NCBI GenBank assembly: GCA_964276515.1
Contig: OZ193909.1
Span: forward strand, 6,634,001-6,698,000
DNA: 64,000 bases
Reading direction: 5' to 3'
From: Gordius albopunctatus
Taxonomy: Eukaryota
Under the pieces are notes generated by a model. The model was given only the letters and a program-made list of their open reading frames with translations, was not told where the DNA came from and made no database searches. Position 1 is the stretch's first letter, and each line of letters begins with the position of its first letter. This document shows positions 25,571 to 40,100 of the stretch, one piece after another. The position numbers were made by a program, and so were the translations under genes.

Positions 25571-28173
25571 TTATTGTGGATATTGGATAATAATTATTTT
25601 TTTAATCCTAATTTTATTACACAAATTAGTTTCCAAACCTATGAGCAATCCTATCTACGTCACTTGTTAAAACAACTCGATTTCGATATGTATTTGTTTC
25701 GACAGATAATTTATCTAGTAAAGTTAATTAAATATTTGCTTAAAGAATTTCACCTTTAATTGCTGCTTGGATTTTCGAACACTGTAAAACACGTTCCCCA
25801 AATTCTCGTACATTTTTAAGTTGTTTTGATATTTTTACCTAATCATTAGAAAAATAAAAAAAATTTCCCTTGAATTAATTAAATGTATTTGGATTTATTT
25901 GCTCTAGCTTCAAACTTATTTATTTAAAAGCATTCAAACTCTCAAGTTTACTAAATTATATGAATTTATGTTTCATCATTAATACAGAGTTTTGTGTGTT
26001 TAAGACTCACTATTTCTAGGAGGTTTTTGTGAATAAGTTTTTATTGTAAAAATCAATATAGGCCTTCTTTTGAAAAGTTTTGTCATAAGTGTATACCAGT
26101 TGTCGTCTTAGTATTGATTAGCAATTCACCCTTACAGTAAAAATATATTGGGTAATTGACCATGAAATATTTTTATTGGGAACATTCGTTAGTTCTTACA
26201 GCATTGACCCATTTTAAATATTGTTCTAGGAACGCCATCTCAATAATCCCCTAAGCTCTCTTTCTCATTAGATGGTGTAAAAGCATCGCGAAGCCTAGTA
26301 TCTGTAGAAATTTTATGCGTGAATGCTATATAAACATCGGGGAGCCCTGAAATGTCCACATATTTCTCCATATAAATAACGTATAAAATTTCGAGAAAAG
26401 TTCTGATCAATATATATATAACGCGTTTTAAAGTTATGTACCTAACATAAAACTTACTTTAAATTTCATAAATTGTTGAAAGTTATAGAATACAAAATTG
26501 TCTTTTAATCAACGGTCTTTTAATATCCACCGCTTACATTGTTTTGTGCATTTTAATTATATTTTTGTATGCATTTTAATTATATTTTTGTAAAAAGTTT
26601 TAATAAAACAAAACCTTATTATACTCTATTGAAAAGAGATAACAACTACATCTATCACAAAATATTGTTAGAATTTGGAAAATCATTATTATTTTTTTCA
26701 AAAATCAATTTATTATTTAGAGCTCGATTATTCCAATAAGACCAATCGTATCGCCTCACGCCTTTCCACTCTGAAATTTTTCGTACATTATGCCTGAGAG
26801 TTTAAAAGTTTAGTAAACTCTCTTCTGACTTATAACACAACCAAATCCCTCTAAAGCCAGATTGCGGCTTTTGTTGAATTCCCAATAATTTTTTACGATT
26901 AGTTTTGGCCGAGTAAAATAAAAAAAACATTCGCAAAAGTTTGAGTTTAATATTACTTCTGTTTTTTAGCTCCACGTAATTCATTTGCACTCCTAGAAAA
27001 GCTCTAGCTTAAAACTAAATCTATGTAAAAAGCGGAAAAGGGTGGGGATTCTGATCGGATTTCTTTGCAGAGAAAAGGAGTATACACAATATTTTATATC
27101 TATCCACATATAACGAACCATGTGCTGTGCATTCAAAATCAAAGTCTTTTTTCACATTTATCCTTCCTCCTCTCTTTCTTTTTCTCTAGGTTGCCCCAAA
27201 TTATTTATTCCTGCACAAAAATTTAACCCAAAAATACTAACTCAAATCCTCTAAGATCTTCCTTGCAAATCTATTTTTTCTATTTAGCGCAGGGTGATAA
27301 ATCGTAATAAGACTCTAGCAAAAACCAATCACTCCCTACGAGAATCAATATATTACAAAAATCCTCCAATATTGTCACTATTTTTGAATACAAGTTTAAT
27401 CGTATTAAAATATATTCCTTGCTGCAAATTATTACCTTCAACCATTCATTTCAAATATACGGTATTCACTAAAATTTAAATAAACAATTTTTTTTGAAAA
27501 TAATGGTTAATTTGAGGTTAGGAATATTATTAAAACGAAGAAATGAAATGGAATTAGATGTTTAGCATTTTAATAAGGTCGCCAAAGCTTTGAAATAGGT
27601 GTTTTCCAAGTCATTAATTGTATTAATGCATTTAAGTTCAATCTATAAACAAGAAACGTACCAAAAATTTGTTATATTCAAAACATTAAATCTGGTCACA
27701 TTTGAAATGCAAAATATTTGCTAAGCATTAAAATATATTGTAGTGAATTGTGCATATGTAATAAGTTAATATTATAATTATTGAATTCGATTTATTCAAA
27801 TTCAAATATGCATCATAATGAACTATGATATTCAAACTTAAGGCCTATATTCAAATGAATATTAACACTTAAACAGGTAAAACAATCATTTGGGAAGATA
27901 ACGGCTACAAAATTTTTATTCCTGGTTTAATTGAATCGATCTTTGCTGAAGGACCACCCCCATATTCCCTAGCTCATCATCTTTTATTCCCTCTCTCCCT
28001 TTATCAAATTCCTTAAAGATTTTATTTGTAATTGGTTAAATTATTTTATTAAAATTATTCGACAACATCCCCATATTTCACGAAACGATTACAGTTGACC
28101 AAACATATTATATATTCACTCCACACAAAATACAACTCTAACAAAAACAATTTAATTTAAAAATAGCCAAAGT

Positions 28174-31100
28174 ATGGTTATTTCGGAAGACATACCCCCG
28201 AACGTTATTAAAAAGCCTTGGCTCCTGAAAACTGGCGATGGTGGATTAGTAATTAAAGTAGAAATTGTAGCCGGACCCGAACCCGAAATAAGGTGGACAC
28301 GAGATGGGAATGAATTAAATTTAGGGACAGCTTCAGGGTCCCAAGCAGGACACCCCTCGGCCGGGCTTAGAACAGAACTAGAGAGAACTACAGGGAATCA
28401 TTACATAGCTTCTCTCCTAATTCCATCCCCTGATTCAAGGTATGATTCGGGAACATATGAAATTGTGGCTAGAAATAGCCATGGGACTGCTACAGCTCAA
28501 CTTGAATTGAATTTTGTCAAGCCGGAAGGTAAGTCATCACTTTGCCTTAATCATATTAAATCTCAATTGATATCTCGAAGCTAAGTATTTGGCGAAGTGT
28601 TTGTCAGCTTTTTTACAGCTGTAATTAACATGGGTGTAGCCAGGGGGGCAGGGAGGGGCGGCTGCCCCCCTCTATATCCAAAAATTTGTCATAAATTATT
28701 AAGATTATGGCTAAAATTTCAAAGAATGCTCATTTCGATCATCTCTAAATCATTATTGCCCTCCTTCTAATTCCAATGCTGGCAACGCCCATGGTAATTA
28801 AGATAATTTTTTGAAAATTTGAAATTATTATGAAGTAATACGACCACAGAAATCAAATTAATATTTGGGTTGTTAATTTTTCATCGGAACAATAGGTTAA
28901 ATTTTAAGTGTTTGAAATCAGTAATATATATGAAAATTAAAAGTTTTTTGCTCATCAAATTTATTAATTTAACAGATGCTGCCCTGGATGACCAGAAGTA
29001 TGAACCATTTTAAATTATTATATTTCAAACGGTTTATTATATCGAAATTTACTTTTATAATGATTTTTATATTAGCTAAACTAATTTATACAATTTTGGA
29101 AAATATTTTTATCAATAAGGCAATTAAGAAGGGGCAGTAATATTGATTTCAAATTGTATCTAAATTTGAAAAGAAACTAAACCTTCTGTTCTGTTAAAAT
29201 TGGCTCGAATTTATTCACCTTTTAATTAAAACACCAAGGAATTTTATAAAAAAAAAGCACAAAATATAGAGCATATGATAAATTGCATAGCAATTAATTG
29301 ACTGACCATAAAAGACAACTATTATAATGATCAAAGGTAAAACGAAAAGTTGTGTGTATATTATATATGTTCGAGTGCATCACAAAACAATTACATTCAA
29401 ATTAACACATTAAACGATACTATTAATTTGAATACGATACAATTGTAAATATATGACTTCATAAATTACTATTAAAATTTAATTAATTTTTATAATGTAA
29501 AACAAAAATTAGAAAAAAACCAATTGATGAGTACAAAGGGTTTATACATTTCTAATAAATTTTGTCATAGGGAACCATCTGGAACTTCGCCTTACTTCAA
29601 GAAAAAAACTACCGCCAAACAAACGGATCATCAAATGGTAATTGAGGCAATAATTTGCTCCGAGCCTGCTCCTCAAATAATTTGGACTTTCAATGATCGG
29701 GAAATTAAGGTATAAACCTTTCGTTTTTGTGCAATATATTACTGATAAAGAAGATGTGTATCTCTTCTAACCAATTTGCTTCAGAGCATGCGACTAATAA
29801 ACTAACTATTACTATGTCTTTTTTTAGTCGCGGCACTGGCGGCTATTTAAAAAAACTTGATCCTGATCGTTTAATAAAAAAATGAAGTGAGATTAGGTAG
29901 GAAATATTTGGACTCTCTTTATAATGTTACATCTAGGGGAGGGGCAGGAGGAACTTTTTCTTATTTATACCTAAAATCCTAAAAAACATTTGCACTTAAC
30001 AAATCTAGAATTTATAATAAATTCAATGCTTTTCCATTTAGACTTTGAAAGTTTTTAACACAACACTAGCGTCAATAAAAATTTTTTTTTATTAACGCTA
30101 AACTTAAAGAAACTTTTTCACGACTCTTCCTTTTTTGTAAACGTTGTGGCCTAATAAACTTAAAAAATGTCTGCTTACGGCTTGGGCCACGATGTACAGT
30201 TTGATTCAGTATTATAAATGAACTATTTTTCCTTGTTTTATTTCATTCAAATTCCTTATAAAAGGATCAACCGCATTACGTTACTAGCCTGACTCGATTG
30301 GAAAACAACACTTATCGCGCTACGTTGGAGATTAATGAATTGAACGTTGAAAATGCAGGAACTTATCAAATAACGGCTAAAAATGTAAATGGCCAATGCA
30401 GTTCCATAGTAGCCATAACATTTGATGGTAAGTCCTTGATTCCATATTTTTAAAATTTATTTATTTTCTACAACCAACTTACATGAATTTAGTAAAATTA
30501 TTCCATAGAATCAGGCGTGTACTGATTGATTAATTTAATTTGTATTTTAAAGAGGAATATATCCCAACTGAGGAAGATATAGTTCCGACGTATACGGAAA
30601 AACTTCACGTAAGACAATCGGAAGATGGATCAACCGTTTATTTTGAATGCAAATTGTCAGCCTTTCCGCCACCCGATATTCAATGGTAACGCTTTGATCC
30701 GTTGCTTAATAATTACCTATACTAAAAAGAATTAAATTTATTGTTAATTTTTAATTTTAATTCAAAAAATATTTTTGGAAATAAGGCGATTACAATTTGT
30801 TCATAAAAGGCGAAAGTTTTTAAAGCCCAATCTATTTGCGAGACATCTGTTAAGTCCTGTGACTTAGAAAGGAGGGTTATCTCGATTAATTGTTTAGCTC
30901 AAGAGCTTCCGTAACGTCAGGGTTTGAGTCGTTAGGTTCGGGTAATTTTAGTGGTTAGTCTCGGTCTTTACCCGTAAGCCTTCGTATTCAATTTCCGGTC
31001 TGCTTATGGTTGAGTTGGCGTTAACCCAATTGACAATATACACATCCAAGAATTTATTGAGGATATAATAATCGACAAGAAGTAAATTTAATAATAGAAT

Positions 31101-34100
31101 CAAAGTAGCGATTCGATAGGTTATAAGGAAATATCGTAATACAATTCACGGGGAAAAGTTTTGGGGTTATCCGAGCCCAGAATATATATAATATATGGAT
31201 TTTAGACGTGAAGGGAATTTCGCAAGGGTTAGTAAGGTCAGAGAAGATACGGTAATTCCCCCAACGGGGAATTAACTGTGTACAAAAAAACAAAACCTTT
31301 AATTAATTTTTTCTTTCTGGAAACAGGGATTCTTATAATGACCAGCAGGTTTTCTAACCCCCGCCTGTTCCCTTTATTTATTACATTTACTTCTCTTTAT
31401 CTACTAGGCCTTTTCCGACCACATTTTAAGCTTATCTTTTCTTACATCTTTTTGAACTGCTTAATCTTGACCGCTCTCCTCACTATGAGAATACAATACT
31501 CAATCCCCTGCATAACTACGCCTGCTCCCTCCTTAATCCATAATTAACTCAAATAATAAGGGAATCCTAACACCAAGGCAGCAGGGGCATTTAGGGTACG
31601 GGTTGAGTTATTTATTGTCCCGGTCCCGTGGGGACACGACAACATCCAATGCTTTAATTAATAGGATCGCTACGTTCTCTTATTAGCGTTTGTAACTAGA
31701 AAATTCAGACACAACTTTGTAATCTTTAACTTTAACATTTTTTTACAATCGACAGAATTAGGGAAAAATCAAAACCATACTGTTGTGCCTAATTTTTTGA
31801 GATAAACTGACAATTTTTATGTTTTTTTCTCCACGCTTTTGGAAATACAACTTTTTTATTGTTATAAAATTATTCAGACTCCTTTTAATGTTATGGACAT
31901 AATTAAATCTTTTAATTATTTTAATTGACAGATAGTATCATTCATATTACCATATTCATTCCAAGGTACTGTGGTAAAAAACTTCTCCAAAACGATGAAA
32001 AATTCAAAATTAAACAGGTTAAGGATGGAAAAGATTATATATTGACACTCCAAATCGACGATGTTAATTTAGCTGACGCTGGAGACTACAAAGTAGTTGC
32101 CAAAAATAAGGCTGGAAATACGGAAGATCAGCTTAAGCTAGAATTTGGTAAAACATTTTTTTTTATCTATATACTCAAAATTTGTTCACTAAATTATTAT
32201 GTTTTTTTATATTTTACAGAACTCACTGACGAAAAACCGCCAAAGTAACTTATAAATGCGCCTTTTTGTCATTTATCAAATTCTCTTTGATAGATTTTAG
32301 AAATATTTTTAACTATATTTTAAGGTTTTTAAAAATGTCTATTATATATTCAATAATAATAATTACTTTCCCCAATAGTAATCCAATTCTTTTTTATGGT
32401 GATAATGTATTCTACTATTAAATAAAAAAATTATATTAATGTTGTATTAATGTTAATTTACAACAAAACAACCACTAGGTAACAACGAAATTTAAAAATG
32501 GTTTTAAAATTTTTTAAAATTAATGTAGAATATATCACGGAATTGGGCCTCGGTTTCACAACAAGCCTATCGTAAAATTGGAAGGAAATCTGAAGTTGAT
32601 TATAGAATGTTTAGTGGAGGCTAATCCTACGCCAGATATAACTTGGTATTGCGAAAGCAATAAACTCGTCTCCGATCGTTACGATTCTACCATCCTATTT
32701 ATGTTCAAAAATTTCTACAAAGTCCTTCTGGAAGTTCAAGTAAAATATTATTTAACAAAGAAAATCGATTAGTGTTAACTTTTAAATTTATTAAATATTT
32801 AATATGAGAACTAAAAATAATAATATACTGATAGAAAAATACTAAACATCTTACAGCCTTATATATTAAAACAAAAAATGTGTTAACGGACTTTAAGAAA
32901 GTTGCGTATGAATAAATATTTAAAGCACAACGAAACGATGGAATTTAATGGTATATTTATTGTACTTAGTATTTAAGCTCTCTTAACTTTTTATTTGAAA
33001 TAATTTTTGTAGATTGAGTTAACGGATTGTTTTATTATAATTATTACATTTGGAAAAACCTTATTTTGTTCCAACTTATTTTCCCATCAATCTATATTAT
33101 TTTAAAATTCAAATATGATTAAAAATTCAGCTTAATGTAGCTCATAATTTCCGATAACCATGGGAAAAAATGAGAAAAAAACGGTGAGAATTGGATTAGC
33201 CAATACCCCTTTTTACATACAGGATTCAGCTTAACAAGAATACTAAAAAGTTTGACTTAATATTTATTTATGCGTTGTCAGAATCCTACGTTGGCAGACT
33301 TTACAAAATACCGATGCCTGGCGATAAACCCTTACGGGGAAAGTGCTGCCAATATTAGGCTCAATTTAATAGGTACGAATAATTATGGGTTTAAAACATA
33401 GGAATAAATGAAATATGATAGAATATGATAATGATGTTAGTTATTGCAATGATGATATGATCATAATGGATATTGTAATGGCAAAGATAAATAAGATAGA
33501 GGAATACAAGAATGGGAGGGACGTGAAAAAATGAACAAATAACGAATAATAAAAGGAAATTAATGTAAACATGATTTTTCACCGACTCTGTTTTTAGTTT
33601 ACAATATTAAAACATACAATTATAGCAAAAATATAATCTGTAGACAATGACATATAAATAAAAGTCAATCGAACACCTCGTTTTTTATGTATTCACATAT
33701 ATGACAGGTACAATAATTGATAATATATAAAAATTGGTAATAAATATAATAAATTAGGTCCCAAAGAGATGCCAAAAGGATTTGTTCCACAATTTTTGAA
33801 ACCAACTGTAGTGACAGAGGTAACGGAGAAGGAGGTTAAGGATAGAAAAATCATCAAAGAAGTCATACTAGAAAATGAAATTGAAGCCCTCCCCAAACCC
33901 AATGTTAAGTGGCTTTTCGATGGTAATGAAATTGCTGTCGACGAAGAAAGTTTGGTTGGATCTAAGATTACTTGTCAACTCATAGATGGCCAACGAGAAA
34001 ATACCTATAAAACTATCCTTAAAATAAAAGTAAAATTCATTAATCCTCGTCATATTTGCGTAAGGTATTTTAACCGAATCTAGTAATAAATGGATTAGCG

Positions 34101-37100
34101 TGCTTAACCTGTAAATATAGAATTTACAAATGGCTACAAAACTTTTTAATTTTTTTGGGCAATAATGTTAGAAGAATTTTTCCTATTTTGAAAAAAGAGG
34201 GTAAAACATATCGGACCAAAGGTATCATTACTTTTTGAATAATTTTGAAATATTTTAGGATAAACTTAAAATTTCCCAATTTTATTTTCTAGGCATAGAT
34301 AGACCTTGCCAATTTTTATGAAAGAATATAAGATTAAAAGATTTTTTATGTTATTAGAAATGATATGATATCTTATTTCTTATATGTAATTATGAGCAAA
34401 TGGTATGCAGCGTAGCCCCAAGGCCCAAGCAATGCAAGCATCGATTAAGTTAATGTGAGGCTAGTTTTTCTGCTTCTTTTGATTCAATCTTTGAAGAAAA
34501 TTAACAATTTAGCTAAAATTGACAAACATGTTTTTACAGTGATTTATCTGAACCTTAATTAACACTATATTAAATCCTAAAAAGTTTAAATTTATTTATT
34601 TTTTGTAAGTCAATCAGCGAAAAGGATTATGGATTATATTCTTGCGTTGCAAAAAATACTTACGGAGAAACATCCCAAGACGTATACTATCCAGGTAAGC
34701 GATAGGGGATATTAATTTGTAGTCTTTTACATTAAAATAAAGATTAAAAGCCTTGGTTCTAGGAAAAATTATTAAAAATTGATTTTTACCGATTTTCCAT
34801 CATTTTATAACTTTTTACAAAATTTTGAAACAAAGCTCCCTTTGTGAAAAAATTAAATATATACTTAAATGTAAAATCATTCCCACATTTCTTTAAAATT
34901 ACATAAATAAACGCTTGATATTCCGAAGCATCAATTATTTTGATACTTTCATTCATCTCTTATTATTTAATTTTCGTGTTAAATGTTAATAAATCTAATT
35001 ATTAAAACTAATATTTTGTTTTTACATAGTTGGGGGTGCAATGGAAGAAGTTAAGGAAGAAGGAGATAAGCCAATGTTTATCGAAGAAATTACATCTAAA
35101 GTATGTTGAAATCTTTGATAGAGTTGCTTTTTAAATTGTTATTTTAATGCTAAAGATATTTAAAATTTTTGTCCTTAAACATCTTCAGATTGAGCGCGAA
35201 GAAATTGAAATACGCGGTAAAATCACAGGAACTCCAGAATTCAAAATTACTTGGACCAAGTATTTAAGAAAATTTTAAATATCCTATTCTGTAACAGATT
35301 ATAAAATCAATTATTGCTAATGGTTTTGCTTAACTTTAACTCATTTAAAGTGTTCCAGATATTTTTCGATTATTTATAAGCAAATGCTTCCTAGAATGCA
35401 AACGTCCATGGGCGTATCCAGGATTGAATTTAGAGAGGGGCAATTATGATTTAGAGAGGGACAAAAGGATAATTTGAGTAATTTGAGTCGTAATTAATCA
35501 ATTTTTGAAGAACATTTGGGTTTAAAAGGGGCAGCCGTCCCTCCCTGCCCCCCCCCCCTTTGGGTACGTCCCTGAAACTTTAAGTCTTACTTAAATTCTA
35601 CATCACCTAGGCTGAAAAAAAGATTGCTTTGTAGATCGCTGAATATACTCCCTGTTTAAAAAACAAGGAATTTGTTTAATTTTTTAATACAACTCAGCCC
35701 TGCCCATATTTATATATCCGATGGTGTAATCCAGTTTACTATTGATCCATCATGATAATCTCAACTTCCATTTTCTAAAAAAAACCTTGGGTATTTCTAT
35801 TTAGACACCCAACTGCTTATTTTAAACACCTGAGTTATCTTTAACAAATGTATGACCTTGTAATAAATCGAATCACTTGATTTAAATTAGGTAAAATATA
35901 ATTTTTATAAACGAGCGATATTAAGTATAAACTATTTAATTATGCAGCAAGACTTTTTTTGGGTAAAGCAGTATATCAAGTCTCGTTTCAGCTTAAGGAT
36001 TTAGCGCTGATAAAATATTTTTTTCATGAAAGAGACGGGAAAGTTTTGTCAAGCGAGGAGACTAAAGAATACAAAATTTCCTTCGATGGGAGCTATGTTT
36101 CAATTCGCATCTACAAGTTTAGCGCGGAGTATTCGGGTGAATACCGTTGCGAAGTGACCAATAAATATGGGTTAGCCACATCCACTACCTACCTTGATTT
36201 GCGAAGTAAGTTACAATTACTTAAATTTGCATTTTTACCCCAAATTTTGAAGGGGAAAGCAGCTGCGTTAGGAGGCATATACATTAGTAGAAATTTAAGT
36301 TATTTTGAATTTTCAAAATGTCTGCTGTAGTTTTAGTATTGTCTCATGAACTTTTTTTTGCCGATCGAAACATTTTTTAAACTTGATATCTTGTGAAAAT
36401 TACATTTTGAATTCTATAATCGCAATTCTAGTATATCAACAAGAACTAATGAGTCTAAGCAGATATTTTGAAAAACTTTTTATTAATAACGTTAGGTCGA
36501 AATATGTATAACCTAACAAGAATTTTGCTCGAAAATAACGTCCTCACCTGCATTCGCACCATTGAAACAATAACAATCTGTACTTGACATTATTTTTTAC
36601 ATTTATACATTAGAAATACCCGTAATAAAATCCAGCACATTGAAGGATCAAACGATTCATAGGGGAAAATCTCTGTCGATGGAAGTTACTTTCGAAGCGA
36701 AACCTAAAGCCAAAGTTATATGGTACAAAGACGAACAAAAGATAGAGAGCACGAGTACATTAATAATAAAAACTTCAGAATCAGAGACGACACTCAAAGT
36801 CAAGGAGACTATGGCAGGAGATGGTGGACAATATAAGGTGGTTATTGAGAATGAGGCCGGCACGGCTGAGGCTCAAGCCCGTATCACGGTTTTAGGTAAG
36901 CTGATTCGGCTTTACAGATGATTGCAGGATATGTTTGGTATAGCAGTCTTTATTTTGATTTTCCTTAAATTACTATTTCAAAGTGATTGTCACATAAATA
37001 TTTGAAACTGGCAGATTTCTAAAAATTCAAGATGACCTTGTTCTTAAATAGTGGACGCTCTTTATTGCATTTATGCATAAATTATAAGATTTAAATATTA

Positions 37101-40100
37101 AAATTTATTGAAAGACAATGAAGCTATTACTAAACTCGTTATATCAATTAGCGAATCTGAGTTTCGTTGAGAATAGCACAAAATTAAAATTAATTCATAA
37201 ATGTTTTTGATGTAAATTTAAATAGCCATAAGAAGTGCTAAAAAATAATATATTTATAAAAATCCAGTGTATGATTAGGATAAACGTGAATATTTTTTTT
37301 TATAAATTTAGTCTATATAATCATTAAAACTATTACCACTATATTAAAGACTTACCTGGTCCACCTAAAGGTCCATTATTAGTATCAAATGCGACCGGAA
37401 CGAGTTGCACTTTATCATGGAATTACCCCGAAAACGATGGAGGAACACCCGTCATGTATAAATTATTTTCGCAACGCCATTCATATTAGGTTTTGCATTG
37501 CCGTGAGTTTTTAGTCGGCGTGATGTAATTTTGTGGTCATAAATTATAAATGCATTAAACAGTCGATTGAACAAATTCTTTTTTCATGCAATTTGTTCCC
37601 AAATTCATTTCGCCTCTTGCATACTATAAAATCACAAAGTCTTGCACTTTTAAGATAAATTTTTTATCAACGATTTTGATTGACTAAATTGAAATGTAAG
37701 TTTTGTACAATTATCCTTTACTTGTTGTTCCAAAAAATATTGCGATTCTCCTATATGGGATTTCAAGACATATTCTTATTTGCCGGTTCCTAAATGCTAT
37801 GCAATAATCAAAGGAGAGAGTGTGTCTGATACTATAATAGACGAAATTTTTAAATATGTGATAAACATATTACTCCTTTTTAAAGCGGTAAATCTAAGCA
37901 TACCATTATTTTTATTTGTATCATATGAGATTTGGCTTGTACATGTTTTTTCTAAGATTTTACCTATGTAAAATACGCAAATATTAAATGCTATATGGGT
38001 GATAAAATAATTTAGAAATTACTATATCGAGAGAAACGATTTGGCAAAAAAGAAGTGGATATTGGTTGGTGAATCTGGCGACAAAATGCATATTGACGCT
38101 ACAAAATTAGTTTTAGGAAACGAATACAGTTTTAGGGTTTACGCGGAAAACGCTGTAGGAAGAAGCCTGACGCCATTAGTGTTAGAGGAAACCTTTAAAT
38201 CGAAACCACCCTCAGGTTAGAGGCGCACACAAATCATTATTTTAGTAGACAGTGTTTATTTAGGAAATAATTTTGATGAGTTATTAGGAACTAAATGATT
38301 CTTATTCAAAAAAAAGCTCTTGAAAAAAAAGCTGATCAGAAAAAAAGATAATAAACCAATAGGAAAATTCGGCAATTTCGTCGTATAGTGCATAATATCT
38401 AATTGAGAATTTAAACGTATTCTCCCGCAATTTTGATTAATCCGTGGATTGAAGATTCTTTCGCAATTTAGATTTAACCTTCTAACGGAAGTTTTCCCAC
38501 CATTTTTGAATATCCCATTTTTTATACCATTTTTTAATATCTATACTATTTTTAGATATCTTATTAATAAATCTAATTATTATTAGATCTTATTTTTAAA
38601 AATCCTATTTTTGAATATCTAACCCATTTTTATATTTTCAATATTTAAATTTTATTTTCAAATATGCTATGCGACATACTCCTCCCTCATAAGACATCAA
38701 GTAAATTTTAGGGTCTAGATTTTTTTTATTAGCTTTTTTTTAAAGAGCTTTATTTTTTAACAGAAACGAACTAAATATGTATCATTTCTATATTTGAAAG
38801 CAAAAAATCTCAGTGTTTTAATATAGTGATTACAAAAAAAGGGATTTTAGATTTTATTAAAAAGTAGCACGAATTTTTAATCGTGTGGAAGAACCCTACC
38901 TCAAAGAAACCTTATAATGTAATTAAACATTTTCCTAAATTATATTAACGTTCAAAAAGAAATTTATCAATTTTAACAGAAGCTCCGTTGGCACCGAAAA
39001 AGCCTGTTTTAGTTAACGCTAGTCCAGAAAGCGTAGAGATAACATGGGAACCTACTCAAAAAGAGGGAGTTTCTATTGACGGCTATAAGGTGGAGCGCAA
39101 AGAATCAACTTCACCCGTTTGGGAAATGGTAAATGCCCGCCTATTTAAACGTTTAAGCTAAGAAAGAAATATGCACTCATATTTAACACCTGGTTGTTTA
39201 AGATTAAATTTTTAGATTTTTGATAAAATGAATTGCAAATTAAAATTTTATCATTTTTTTCATGCAAATTTGAATAGGAAACTTATAAAATAAATGAGTT
39301 TCAAGTTGGTATAATTTAAAAATAGAGATTGCAACTGATTTAAAAACAATTTAGACTTATTGAAAAAATATAGTAATTGTTACCTAAAGCGAATTAATGT
39401 TTTCTATTCAAAAAGAAATACTATAAAAAATGCTAAATTGCCAAGTTCAAGATACTAAAAAAGTTTTATTGTCATGATTAAGTTTTTCAGTCGCGTGTTA
39501 TATTAAAATGTTCTACAAATTAGAAAAAAATGATGATAAGAACTTTCAAGTTGTTGTAGATTTTAATACAGTTATTTTTTGAATATGAAATTCTTTACCA
39601 AAACATTTGTTCTGAGATGCAAAGGCTTATTTTTAACTTAATTCTCTCTCGTATTTAGTTAAAAGTGATGGATCCTTACCATTTATCAGTTTAAAGTTTG
39701 TTAAATTCAAAATCAGTTTAAAATATTAATTTTATTAAAATAAACTACCCTATCCTAATTTTTAAAATGTTCCAATTTTTATACTCAAAGCTAAATGACG
39801 ACCTAGTCTCTGCCGCCCATTTTGTGGACAACGAAGTGATAGAAGCTCGAAGTTATATTTATCGAGTATATGCAGTAAACCGCGTTGGCTCAAGTCCACC
39901 AAGTCCCGCATCGGATTTAGTTACCGCTAAAAGTGATCTAGGTAAATTTAAGAATGTTTATCAAATTTTGTATTAAATTGCACTTTTGGCCATTTCCTTT
40001 GATTTACTATGTCGTTTAATTTGTTAGATTTTGAAACTAATAGGCAATTTAAGTGATATGTTAATGTTGTAGATGAGCCCAAATATTGGGGCATTTTTTC

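Noticed and set aside
36310..36475. Short degenerate inverted repeat (TTTTCAAAATGTCTGCT / AGCAGATATTTTGAAAA)
   Set aside because: Probably an old MITE remnant; ends and TSD could not be defined.
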